Shown: positions 18,236-27,103, numbered from the stretch's first letter. The stretch is DNA of 36,164 nt from Planctomycetota bacterium (GCA_044225365.1 JBGAIQ010000054.1:1-36164), one strand, 5' to 3'. Notes: generated by a model from the letters alone, not told the origin. Translations and numbers: made by a program.

Positions 18236-19765
18236 ATGAAACGGATCTCGATCGCCTTCGTGTCCCTGCTCGCCACCGCCTCATGGGCTCATGCCGACAG
18301 CCTCCTCTTCAAGGACGGCCGCTACTTCGACGTCCCCAAGCTCGTGAAGGCCGAGAAGTCGTTCGAGGTCTACTACAAGAACGGCATCGTCCGAATCGAT
18401 CCGCGCTTCGTGAAGGAGTACTTCATCGACGATTCCGGCGGCAACTATCAGCCGAAGGACGACGAAGAGGCGAAGAAGGTCGCCCAGGGCCTCGTGCCCT
18501 ACGAAGGCAAGTGGATCGCGAAGACCGCGCGCGACGCTGCGATCAGCAAGCGCATCGCCGAGAACAAGGCGCGGTTCGACGAGGCGAAGAAGCACTCGGA
18601 GTGGCGCGATCGCTACAAGAAGTCGACGACCCATTTCGACTTCGAGTACACGGTCACGCCCGAGCTCGGCCAGCGCTACATGGACATGTTCGAGGTCTAC
18701 TACGCGACCTTCGCGAAGACCTGGAACGTGAAGCAGCCGGCCGGCAAGAAGTTGAAGGTCTGCTTCTACAACAACTTCAACGACTACACGCGGATCGGTA
18801 ACGCGCCGGGATCGCTCGGCTACTTCCGCTTCGTGGAGCCCATCGAACTGAATTTCTACTACGACCGCCGCGACGAGCGGCTCACGCTCGACGTCCTCTT
18901 CCACGAGCTGAATCACTATCTGTTCCATCTCTACACCTCGAACGACATCATGCTCCCCGCGTGGATCGAGGAGGGGATGGCCGAGTACTACGGCGCGAGC
19001 GACTGGAACTCGGCGAGCAAGACGATGACCGTCGGCGTGAAGCAGGAGGGCCGCCTCGTCGCCCTTGGCGACGCGATCGACGGCGACGAGATGCAGAAGC
19101 TCCACGATCTCATGGTGCTGCCGCAGATCGACGCGCTGCAGTACGCATGGTCGTGGTCGCTCTGCCACATGCTGATGGAGGACTCGAAGACTCGCGACAA
19201 ATTCCGGCAGTTCGTCCAGCGCATGGCGCAGGACGCCAAACTGAAGCACGAGACGTCGCCTCGCAACAGCTCGTTCGTCTGGGTGCCACCCGACACGCAG
19301 ATCGATCTGTTCCAGAAGACGCTCGGGATCAAGGATCTCGCCGCTTTCGAGAAGCAGTGGTACGACTACATCAAGGCGATGAAGGTGGAATCGGCGCGCG
19401 GCTACTTCAGCGCCGGAATGAAGTACATCCAGTGGGATCGTCCGCTCCGGGCCGCGAGCATGCTCGAGAAGGCGGCCGGCATGTACTCCGACAATCCGCA
19501 GACGTTCCTCGAGCTCGGCAAGCTCTACGTCGCGGACAAGAAGGTCGAGAAAGCGGTCCCCATGCTCGAGAAGGCCATCGAGCTCGATCCCCTCAATCCG
19601 AGCGCGCATGTCGAACTCGGGATCGCATTGACCAAGCTCGGCGATGCCGCGTCGAAGGCGCGCGGCCGCTCGGAGCAGCTCCTCGCGATCGACATCGACC
19701 CCTACGACTCGAGCCTCTTGTTCAAGATCGATTCCGATCTGCTCGCCGAGGTGAAGGGCAATTGA
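18236..19765 (+). CDS. Secreted gluzincin (peptidase MA-like/DUF1570) metallopeptidase with C-terminal TPR repeats
   Basis: Signal ending AHA-D; HELNH zinc motif followed by LPAWIEEGMAEYY; TPR-like ELGKLY...AVPMLEKAIELDPLNPSAHVELG; GLVPYEGKW motif. Confidence 0.85.
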   Translation: MKRISIAFVSLLATASWAHADSLLFKDGRYFDVPKLVKAEKSFEVYYKNGIVRIDPRFVKEYFIDDSGGNYQPKDDEEAKKVAQGLVPYEGKWIAKTARDAAISKRIAENKARFDEAKKHSEWRDRYKKSTTHFDFEYTVTPELGQRYMDMFEVYYATFAKTWNVKQPAGKKLKVCFYNNFNDYTRIGNAPGSLGYFRFVEPIELNFYYDRRDERLTLDVLFHELNHYLFHLYTSNDIMLPAWIEEGMAEYYGASDWNSASKTMTVGVKQEGRLVALGDAIDGDEMQKLHDLMVLPQIDALQYAWSWSLCHMLMEDSKTRDKFRQFVQRMAQDAKLKHETSPRNSSFVWVPPDTQIDLFQKTLGIKDLAAFEKQWYDYIKAMKVESARGYFSAGMKYIQWDRPLRAASMLEKAAGMYSDNPQTFLELGKLYVADKKVEKAVPMLEKAIELDPLNPSAHVELGIALTKLGDAASKARGRSEQLLAIDIDPYDSSLLFKIDSDLLAEVKGN

Positions 19766-19879
19766 GCGTGGGACGCCTTTGGAGAACTCCTTCTCGAAGT
19801 CGATCGCGTTTGAGTTCCTTCGGCGCACGCGACGATTAGAATCCTCCGGCTCGACCCGATCCGAAGGAGTCCTTCCCTC

Positions 19880-20641
19880 TTGCCCGGTCCATCGCTGAAG
19901 ACCCGAATCCTGCTGCCCACCTACGACGAGATCGACAATCTCGGACCGATGGTGGCGCGCTTGCTCGAGACCGCGCCCGGCGCCCAGATCCTCGTCCTCG
20001 ACGACAATTCGCCGGACGGGACGGGCAAGCTCGCGGACGAGCTCGCGGCGAAGCATCCGGGACGGGTCGCGGTCGCGCATCGCCCGGGGAAGGGCGGGCT
20101 CGGCAAGGCCCTGCGCGATGGATTCCAGCGCTCGATCGACGACGGCTACGACGTCGCCGTCACGATGGACGTCGACTTCAGCCACGATCCCGCCGACGTG
20201 CCGCGCCTCATCGCCGCCGTCGAAGCGGGCGCGGACATCGCGATCGGCTCGCGCTACGTGAAGGGCGGCTCGACTCCCGACTGGTCGCTCAGCCGACAGA
20301 TCATCAGCCGCGGCGGCAATCTCTACGCGCGCACGCTGCTGCGCTCGCCGCTCCACGACATGACCGCGGGCTTCAAGGCCTACCGCACGCGTGTGCTGAA
20401 GGGGCTCGACGCCCCGAATCGCACCACGCTCGGCTACTGCTTCCAGATCGAGATGGTCTACTTCGCGTGGCGCCTCGGCTACCGCGTCGTCGAGGTCCCG
20501 ATCTGCTTCCGCGACCGCCGGGTCGGTCAGTCGAAGATGTCGGGGAGCATCTTCATGGAAGCCGTCTCGAAGGTGCCCGGCCTGAAGGGCGCCGCGGACG
20601 AGCTCGTCGCCAGGCTCGGCCGGATCGGCGAAGCGCGCTGA
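19880..20641 (+). CDS. Polyprenol monophosphomannose synthase-like glycosyltransferase (GT2, DPM1/Ppm1-like)
   Basis: LPTYDE, LDDNSPDGTG, GKGGLG, MDVDFSHDP, GSRYVKGG, DMTAGFKAYR, GYCFQIEM, FRDRRVGQSKMS. Confidence 0.93.
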   Translation: MPGPSLKTRILLPTYDEIDNLGPMVARLLETAPGAQILVLDDNSPDGTGKLADELAAKHPGRVAVAHRPGKGGLGKALRDGFQRSIDDGYDVAVTMDVDFSHDPADVPRLIAAVEAGADIAIGSRYVKGGSTPDWSLSRQIISRGGNLYARTLLRSPLHDMTAGFKAYRTRVLKGLDAPNRTTLGYCFQIEMVYFAWRLGYRVVEVPICFRDRRVGQSKMSGSIFMEAVSKVPGLKGAADELVARLGRIGEAR

Positions 20642-20726
20642 AGAATCGCTCCGGATCGAAGATCGCCGAAATCGTCGCTGCCGGTTATCCTCGATCGTCC
20701 TGACCCAGGAAATTCGGAGCCTCTCC

Positions 20727-22481
20727 ATGACACGGGCATCGGTATCGGCATTTCGGGGCGCGCGCTTCGGAATCGTGACGGTCACGACTCTCTCTTCCTT
20801 CGTCGCGCTCGCGCTCACTTCGTTCGCCGCGCAGTTCGAGAAGGACGCGACCGGACACTACGTGTGGCACGACGGGGTGAAGACCTTCGCGATCGATCCG
20901 ACGCAGGTGAGCCTTCGACTCGCGGCGGGCATCGACGTCGACGCCTTCTTGACCGCAGCGGCGACGCGGAACCCTTTGCTCCTTGGCCTGACGACGACCC
21001 GCTCGAACTGCCTTTCGATCCACGATCTCGCCGTTCCCGCGGGCCGCGATCCGATCGCCATCGTGAACGCGCTCGCCGCGCTCCCCGGAGTCCTGTTCGC
21101 CGAACCGAGCGCGATCGGCGAGTGGCACGCCACGCCGAACGATCCCCAATTCGGCCAGCAGTACTTCCTGAACAACACGGGACAGAACGGCGGCAAGGTC
21201 GACGCCGACATCGACGCCCCCGAAGCCTGGAACCTCGCCGACGGTTCGCCTTCGATCGTCATCGCGCCGATCGACAGCGGGTTCCAGCTCGATCATCCCG
21301 ACCTGGTCAATGCGTTCTGGCACAACGCGGGCGAGATCCCGGGCAACGGCATCGACGACGATCACAACGGATTCGTCGACGACAACATCGGTTGGGACTT
21401 CGGCACCAACGACAACCAGCCCGGTCCGGACTATCCGCACGGCACCTGGGTGATGGGCGTCATCGGGGCATCGAGCAACAACTCGATCGGCGTCGCCGGC
21501 GTCGCGGGCGGCGCGGTCGACGGGCAAGGATGCAAGGTCATGGCCGTGAGTCTCGGCCCCTCGCCGAGCAACACGACGCTCGACGATGCGATCCTCTACG
21601 CCGCGAACAACGGCGCGCGGGTCATCACGCTCAGCCTCGGACTTCCGCAGTCGGCCGGTGTCGATGCGGCGCTCGTCTATGCCGCAGGCAAGAACGTGTT
21701 CATCGATTGCTCGGCCGGCAACGGCGGACCCGTCGGCTACCCCGCGAGCAGTTCGTACGTGATGGCGGTGGGCGGCACCGACAACAAGGACTCGTCGGGC
21801 TTCTTCAGCAGCGGCCCGAAGGTCGAGGTCGCGGCGGCGAGTCTCGGCGTCTACACGACCGCCGTCGGCAGTACGTACGCGGCCGTGGACGGGACTTCGT
21901 TCGCGTCGCCGCAGGTCGCTGGCCTCGCCGGACTCGTTCTCTCGCTGCGCCCCGACCTCGCGGCCGAACAGGTTCGCAAGCTGATCCGTACGAATGCGGA
22001 CGATGTCTTCACCGCCGGATTCGACAACTACACGGGCAATGGACGCATCAATGCGTTCAAGACGCTCGTCGCCGCCGGGACCGCCATCGCCGCCGTCACG
22101 GAGACGTACGGAACGGGTTCGCTCGGAACGCTCGGCATACCGCTCATCGGCACGAACCTCGTTGCGCCCATGGTCGGTGCGAGCACGTTCGCGATCACGT
22201 TGAAGAACGCGCGGTCGAACGCGCCGACGCTGTTCCTCCTCGGGATCGCACAGGCTTCGATTCCCACGCACGGCGGAATCCTGCTGGTCTCCCCCGCTCC
22301 CGTCCTGTCGATCTTCTCGGCCACGACGAGCGCGGCCGGCAATCTCGTCCTTCCCGCGGGGATTCCGAACGACCCCGCGCTCGGCGGCGCGAATGCCTAC
22401 TTCCAGTGGATCGTGACCGATCCGGCCTCTCCCTTCGGCATCGCATTCACTCCGGGCCTGCATCTCACGATCGGCTCGTGA
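20727..22481 (+). CDS. Secreted subtilisin-like S8 serine peptidase with a C-terminal beta-rich domain
   Basis: Catalytic D (APIDSG), H (HGTWVMG), oxyanion N (SAGNG), S (GTSFASP); PNDPQF mature start; NGIDDDHNGFVDD Ca-binding insert. Confidence 0.94.
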   Translation: MTRASVSAFRGARFGIVTVTTLSSFVALALTSFAAQFEKDATGHYVWHDGVKTFAIDPTQVSLRLAAGIDVDAFLTAAATRNPLLLGLTTTRSNCLSIHDLAVPAGRDPIAIVNALAALPGVLFAEPSAIGEWHATPNDPQFGQQYFLNNTGQNGGKVDADIDAPEAWNLADGSPSIVIAPIDSGFQLDHPDLVNAFWHNAGEIPGNGIDDDHNGFVDDNIGWDFGTNDNQPGPDYPHGTWVMGVIGASSNNSIGVAGVAGGAVDGQGCKVMAVSLGPSPSNTTLDDAILYAANNGARVITLSLGLPQSAGVDAALVYAAGKNVFIDCSAGNGGPVGYPASSSYVMAVGGTDNKDSSGFFSSGPKVEVAAASLGVYTTAVGSTYAAVDGTSFASPQVAGLAGLVLSLRPDLAAEQVRKLIRTNADDVFTAGFDNYTGNGRINAFKTLVAAGTAIAAVTETYGTGSLGTLGIPLIGTNLVAPMVGASTFAITLKNARSNAPTLFLLGIAQASIPTHGGILLVSPAPVLSIFSATTSAAGNLVLPAGIPNDPALGGANAYFQWIVTDPASPFGIAFTPGLHLTIGS

Positions 22482-22496
22482 CCGTCGCGAGGGCTG

Positions 22497-22772
22497 TCAA
22501 CCGTCGTCGACTTCGACCTGCAACCGGATCTGACGCAGGATGGCCGCCGCCTTCTGGCAGCGGTCGAGATCGCCCGTCAACGCGATCGCCTTGCCCTTCG
22601 TGTGCGCCTCGTTCGTGATCGCGTGGGCTTCGCTCTCGGACTTGCCCGTCGCCTTCTGAATCTGGAGCACCACGGCATCGAACGGATGCCAATCGTCGTT
22701 GTAGAGAACGACGTTCCACGGGCGAGCCGTCTGCGTATCCGTCGTTTCGATCGGGTCGGTCTGCGTTGCCAT
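22497..22772 (-). CDS. clpS: ATP-dependent Clp protease adaptor ClpS
   Basis: WNVVLYNDDWHPFDAVV...EAHTKGKA; 91 aa from ATG 22772. Confidence 0.92.
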   Translation of the reverse strand: MATQTDPIETTDTQTARPWNVVLYNDDWHPFDAVVLQIQKATGKSESEAHAITNEAHTKGKAIALTGDLDRCQKAAAILRQIRLQVEVDDG

Positions 22773-22851
22773 TGGGCTCGAGTCTACCGTCGCGCGCAGC
22801 GAGTTTGACGCTTCGACGGCGCCGTCTCCCTTCGCTACGATCGCGGCACCC

Positions 22852-23649
22852 ATGAGCGAGGACTCCCCCACGCCGAATACGAAACCGCGCATCGCCCTCG
22901 TCACCGGCGCTTCGTCCGGCATCGGACTCGCCGTTGCGATCGCGCTCGCGCGCGACTGCACGTCCGTCGGACTCGTCGGGCGCGACGAGAAGCGGCTCTC
23001 CGATGCGGCGGCCGCCGTGCGCGGCGCCGGCGCGGGCGCGGCAACGTTCGTCTGCGATCTTTCCGACGCGGCGGCGATCGCAGCGCTCGGCCCACGCGTC
23101 ACCGCGGCGATCGGATCCGTCACGATCCTCGTGAACAACGCCGGAATTGCCGAGAGCTCTCCGTTCCTCAAGACGAGTCGCGAATTGTGGGATCGCACGC
23201 TCGCGATCGACCTCACGGCGCCCTTCCTCCTCACCCAGACCTTCCTGCCCGGCATGCTGGAGCGCGGATTCGGCCGCGTGATCCAGATCGCGTCGACGGC
23301 GGCGAAGGTCGGCTACCCCTACGTGAGCGCGTATTGCGCCGCGAAGCACGGACTGCTCGGTTTCACCAAGTCGCTCGCGCTCGAGGTCGCGAAGAAGGGC
23401 GTCACCGCGAACACGGTGTGCCCGGGCTACGTCGATTCGCCGATGACGGATCGCTCGATCGCGAACATCGTGAGCAAGACCGGCAAGTCGAAGGACGAAG
23501 CAAGAGCCGTGCTCGCGCGCGAGAATCCGCAGGGCCGACTCGTGACGCCCGAAGAAGTCGCAGCGTGCGTCGCGTTCCTTGCCTCGTACGGCGCGCATGG
23601 CGTGAACGGCCAGACGATCACTCTCGACGGCGGCGCGACGCCGTACTGA
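22852..23649 (+). CDS. Short-chain dehydrogenase/reductase (3-hydroxyacyl-CoA/3-hydroxybutyrate dehydrogenase-like)
   Basis: TGASSGIG, NNAG, IASTA, YCAAKHG, VCPGYVDSPM. Confidence 0.93.
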   Translation: MSEDSPTPNTKPRIALVTGASSGIGLAVAIALARDCTSVGLVGRDEKRLSDAAAAVRGAGAGAATFVCDLSDAAAIAALGPRVTAAIGSVTILVNNAGIAESSPFLKTSRELWDRTLAIDLTAPFLLTQTFLPGMLERGFGRVIQIASTAAKVGYPYVSAYCAAKHGLLGFTKSLALEVAKKGVTANTVCPGYVDSPMTDRSIANIVSKTGKSKDEARAVLARENPQGRLVTPEEVAACVAFLASYGAHGVNGQTITLDGGATPY

Positions 23650-23671
23650 AGCAGCGGATTCCACGACGAAC

Positions 23672-24085
23672 ATGAAACTCACCTCGATCAACCCGGAATC
23701 GCTCGGCGCGCCGAAGGGCTACAGCAACGGCGTCCTCGTCACGGGCGATTGCGACCTTCTCTTCGTCGCCGGCCAGATCGCGTGGGATTCCGGCCAGCGG
23801 ATCGTGTCGTCCGAATTCGGCGTCCAGTTCGATCAGGCGCTCGCCAACGTGATGAGCGTCGTCGCTGCCGCGAACGGCAAACCCGAGCACATCGTGCGCT
23901 TCACGATGTACGTGACGAACAAGACCGAGTACCTGAACGACATCAAGGCCGTGGGCGCGGCGTATCGCTCCCGCATGGGCAAGCATTACCCGGCGATGGC
24001 GCTCGTCGAGGTCAAGGCGCTGCTCGAAGACGGCGCGAAGATCGAGATCGAGGCGACCGCGGCCATTCCCCGTTCCAAGCCCTAA
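23672..24085 (+). CDS. RidA/YjgF/UK114 family protein (enamine/imine deaminase-like)
   Basis: PKGYSNGV, LFVAGQI, YPAMALVEV, KIEIEATA. Confidence 0.92.
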   Translation: MKLTSINPESLGAPKGYSNGVLVTGDCDLLFVAGQIAWDSGQRIVSSEFGVQFDQALANVMSVVAAANGKPEHIVRFTMYVTNKTEYLNDIKAVGAAYRSRMGKHYPAMALVEVKALLEDGAKIEIEATAAIPRSKP

Positions 24086-24100
24086 CGTCCCGGAATCTCC

Positions 24101-24925
24101 ATGACCGAACATCCTCCGACTCCGAAGTCGTTCCGCTACGACGAGCACGGCGCGATCGCGACGATTCGCCTCGATCGCCCCGAACGCAAGAATGCGTTGA
24201 CGTTCGAGGTCTACACCGAACTGCGCGACACGTTCCGCACGCTCGCGAATCGGGAAGCGGTGCGATCGATCGTGATCACCGGAACCGGCGACGGGTTCTG
24301 CACCGGCGGCGACGTCAACGACATCATCGGCGTGTTGCTGAAGCAGCCGACCGAGGAACTCCTGAAGTTCACCCGGCTCACCTGCGATCTCATCAAGTCG
24401 ATGCGCGAATGCCCGACGCCGATCGTCGCGGCGCTCAACGGCGTCGTCGCCGGCGCCGGCGCGGTGATCGCGCTCGCGTCCGACTTCCGCGTCGGGTGCG
24501 ACGACGCCCGCATCGCGTTTCTATTCAGCAAGGTCGGCCTCGCCGGCGCGGACATGGGCGCGGCGTATCTGCTCCCTCGCGTCGTCGGAATGGCGCGCGC
24601 CACCGAGATCCTGATGCTCGGGGAATTCGTGAGTGCGGCCCATGCGCTGTCCTGCGGTCTCTACAACCAGGTCGTCGCCAAGGATCAGGTCGCCGCCGCG
24701 GCGCGCACGCTCGCGGAGAAATTGCGCGACGGTCCCCAGTTCGCGACTCGCATGACGAAGACCATGCTCGAGCACGAATCGACGCTATCGCTCTCTCAGG
24801 CGCTCGAGGCCGAGGCCCAGGCACAGGCGATCTGCATGCACAACAAGGACTATCGCGAGTACTTCGACGCGTTCACCGCGACGCCGCGACGCAAGGCCGT
24901 CTTCTACCGCGAGCCCGGGGCGTGA
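24101..24925 (+). CDS. Enoyl-CoA hydratase/isomerase (crotonase) family protein
   Basis: LDRPERKNALTF, FCTGGDV, AALNGVVAGAG, FSKVGLAGADMGAAYLLPRVVG. Confidence 0.93.
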   Translation: MTEHPPTPKSFRYDEHGAIATIRLDRPERKNALTFEVYTELRDTFRTLANREAVRSIVITGTGDGFCTGGDVNDIIGVLLKQPTEELLKFTRLTCDLIKSMRECPTPIVAALNGVVAGAGAVIALASDFRVGCDDARIAFLFSKVGLAGADMGAAYLLPRVVGMARATEILMLGEFVSAAHALSCGLYNQVVAKDQVAAAARTLAEKLRDGPQFATRMTKTMLEHESTLSLSQALEAEAQAQAICMHNKDYREYFDAFTATPRRKAVFYREPGA

Positions 24926-26103
24926 ACTCGATCATGCTCGACTCCTTGAAGATCCAGTTCGACGAGACGCATCGCCAGCTCGACGCCGAGGTGAGCAAGT
25001 TCGCGGCGGAGAAGATCGAGCCGATCGAGATTAAGGGCGGCAGCGAGGACGCTCTCGCGAAGCGCTACGTCGCCTTGCTCGCGCAGCAGGGATTGCTGCG
25101 TCATGTCTTCCCGCGCGAACTGTCGGGCACGAGCGTGAGCTTCGATGTGCGATCGCTCGCGATCGTCCGCGAGAACCTGGCGAGGCATTCGGGCTTCGCC
25201 GACGTGATGTTCGTGATGCAGGGCCTCGGCAGCGGACCGATCGCGCTCGGGGGTACGACGGCGCAGCGGCAGGAGTGGCTCCCCAAGGTCGTCGCGGGAC
25301 GCAAGATCGCCGCCTTCGCCTTGACCGAGCCCGAGGCGGGATCCGACGTCGCTTCCTTGCGAACGACCGCGACGAAGACCGGCAAGCACTACGTCCTGAA
25401 CGGAAGCAAGACGTTCATCACCAACGCCGGGGTCGCCGATTTCTATACCGTCTTCGCGAAGACCGATTCCGCCGCAGGCAGCCGCGGGATCTCGTGCTTC
25501 CTCGTCGAGAAGGACACGCCCGGCTTCGAGGCCAGCGAGCGGCAGACCGTGATCGCGCCGCACCCGATCGGCTCGCTGCGTTTCACGAAGTGCAAGGTGC
25601 CGGCGTCGTCGCTGATTGGCGCGGAGAACGAGGGATTCAAGCTCGCGATGCGCACGCTCGACGTGTTCCGCCCCACGGTCGGCGCGGCGGCGGTGGGCAT
25701 GGCGCGCCGCGCGCTCGCGGAAGCGATCGCGCGCTCGAAAGCGCGGCATCAATTCGGCCGCGCGATCGCGGAGTTCCAGGGCATCCAGTTCCATCTCGCG
25801 CGCATGGCGGTCGAGCTCGAGGCGGCACGGCTGCTCGTCTACCGCGCGGTCGCCGCGATGGACGAGAAGGGCGAGCCGGTGTCCGTGTGGTCGTCGATGG
25901 GCAAGCTGTTCGCGACGGAAGCGGCGCAGCGGATCATCGATGCGGCGGTGCAGATCTTCGGTGGTCAGGGCGTTTTGAAGGGCAGTGTCGTCGAGCGTCT
26001 CTATCGCGAGATCCGCGCGCTTCGCATCTACGAAGGCACGTCGGAGATCCAGCACGTCGTGATCGCGTCGCGACTGCTGAAGGAAGACAACGCGGGTTAT
26101 TAG
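24922..26103 (+). CDS. Acyl-CoA dehydrogenase
   Basis: AAFALTEPEAGSD, LNGSKTFITN, RHQFGRAIAEFQGIQF, QIFGGQG, RIYEGTSEIQ. Start is GTG 24922 (GTGA overlap) or ATG 24934. Confidence 0.95.
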   Translation: MNSIMLDSLKIQFDETHRQLDAEVSKFAAEKIEPIEIKGGSEDALAKRYVALLAQQGLLRHVFPRELSGTSVSFDVRSLAIVRENLARHSGFADVMFVMQGLGSGPIALGGTTAQRQEWLPKVVAGRKIAAFALTEPEAGSDVASLRTTATKTGKHYVLNGSKTFITNAGVADFYTVFAKTDSAAGSRGISCFLVEKDTPGFEASERQTVIAPHPIGSLRFTKCKVPASSLIGAENEGFKLAMRTLDVFRPTVGAAAVGMARRALAEAIARSKARHQFGRAIAEFQGIQFHLARMAVELEAARLLVYRAVAAMDEKGEPVSVWSSMGKLFATEAAQRIIDAAVQIFGGQGVLKGSVVERLYREIRALRIYEGTSEIQHVVIASRLLKEDNAGY

Positions 26104-26113
26104 CGAGCCTCCG

Positions 26114-26464
26114 ATGCCGAAATTCGAACGTCACATCTTCATCTGCATGAACGAGCGGCCGGCGGGCCATCCCCGCGGCTCGTGCCTCGCGAAGGGCGCC
26201 GACGCGGTGAAGTCGGCGATGAAGGAGGAGATCAGCAAGCGCAACCTGAAGGGTCGCATCCGCGCGAACGAGGCGGGCTGTCTCAATCAATGCGCGATGG
26301 GCGTGACGTGCGTGGTCTATCCGGAACAGGTGTGGTACGCCGCGGTAACCGTCGCCGACGTGAAGGAGATCTTCGACTCGCACATCGAGAAGGGTGCGAT
26401 CGTCGAGCGCCTGCGCATCCCCGACGCGATCGTGAACACCCCAAAAGCGACCGGCGCCGGCTAG
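26114..26464 (+). CDS. Thioredoxin-like [2Fe-2S] ferredoxin
   Basis: HIFICMNER...RGSC...AGCLNQC...VVYPEQVWY four-Cys pattern. Confidence 0.93.
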   Translation: MPKFERHIFICMNERPAGHPRGSCLAKGADAVKSAMKEEISKRNLKGRIRANEAGCLNQCAMGVTCVVYPEQVWYAAVTVADVKEIFDSHIEKGAIVERLRIPDAIVNTPKATGAG

Positions 26465-26481
26465 CCGGCGATCCCGAATTC

Positions 26482-27090
26482 GTCGGGGCACACGGCGGTG
26501 TACCAGTCTTTCTCGTAGGGGCACACGGCTGTGTGCCCGTCTTTCCTTATGCCAGAGCCCATCCAGGTTCTTGCGGACGAGGAAAAGGGGCGTGGCTCTT
26601 CCCGGCGAAGGTTTTCTCGACCCGAGAAACCTGCTGTGGCCCTCCTCCAGCCTTTGCGGAAAACCATCAGGCCGATCCGTGGCCCTACACCGACGGGCGC
26701 ACAGCCGTGCGCCCCCACGAATGCACCGACCGATCCTGGCCATACGCCCGTGCTGCAAAGGTCGCTGCCGTCATCTCGTAGGGGCACACGGCTGTGTGCC
26801 CGTCCTTCCTTGGGCCGGAGGCGATCCAGGACTTGCCGCAGAGGAAACGGGTGGTTCTTCACGGCGGAGGTTGACGAATCCGAGGATCCAGCCGAGCAAA
26901 TTCGCGCCTTTTTGTATGTTTCTTCCTAGTGTCCTTCATGGACTTCGGGAAACTCTGGGATGTAAGTCGGACTCGGCGATCCGGATGTCAATAAGAAGAC
27001 GCAAAGCGCCGATCGGGACCTCCGCACGTACAACGACGGGCGCACAGCCGTGCGCCCCTACGGATGAACCGACGATCCTGGCCATGCGAC
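26482..27090. repeat. Cluster 2 of GTAG-type REP palindromes: two inverted pairs within a tandemly duplicated unit, plus one decayed copy
   Basis: Copies at 26482-26508 (+, decayed), 26515-26541 (+), 26692-26718 (-, GTGG start), 26778-26804 (+) and 27035-27061 (-). Flanking sequence is shared between the two units. Confidence 0.9.
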
Positions 27091-27103
27091 GGATGCGCGG
27101 ACG

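Noticed and set aside
16303-20818. Long antisense ORFs of 657 aa and 845 aa opposite the peptidase pair and GT2
   Set aside because: Same shadow effect; the plus-strand genes have signals, motifs and RBSs.
22773-23255. Long N-terminal extension of ClpS
   Set aside because: It lies antisense to the SDR gene; ClpS homology starts after ATG 22772.
23749-24921. N-terminal 390-aa extension on the acyl-CoA dehydrogenase (784-aa track ORF)
   Set aside because: It overlaps the RidA and crotonase genes in another frame and is Arg-rich nonsense; the real start is at 24922 or 24934.
26482-27061. Repeat cluster as a possible CRISPR array
   Set aside because: Repeats alternate in orientation, spacing is irregular (6 to about 230 bp), the intervening sequences resemble each other, and there are no cas genes. 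REP fits better.
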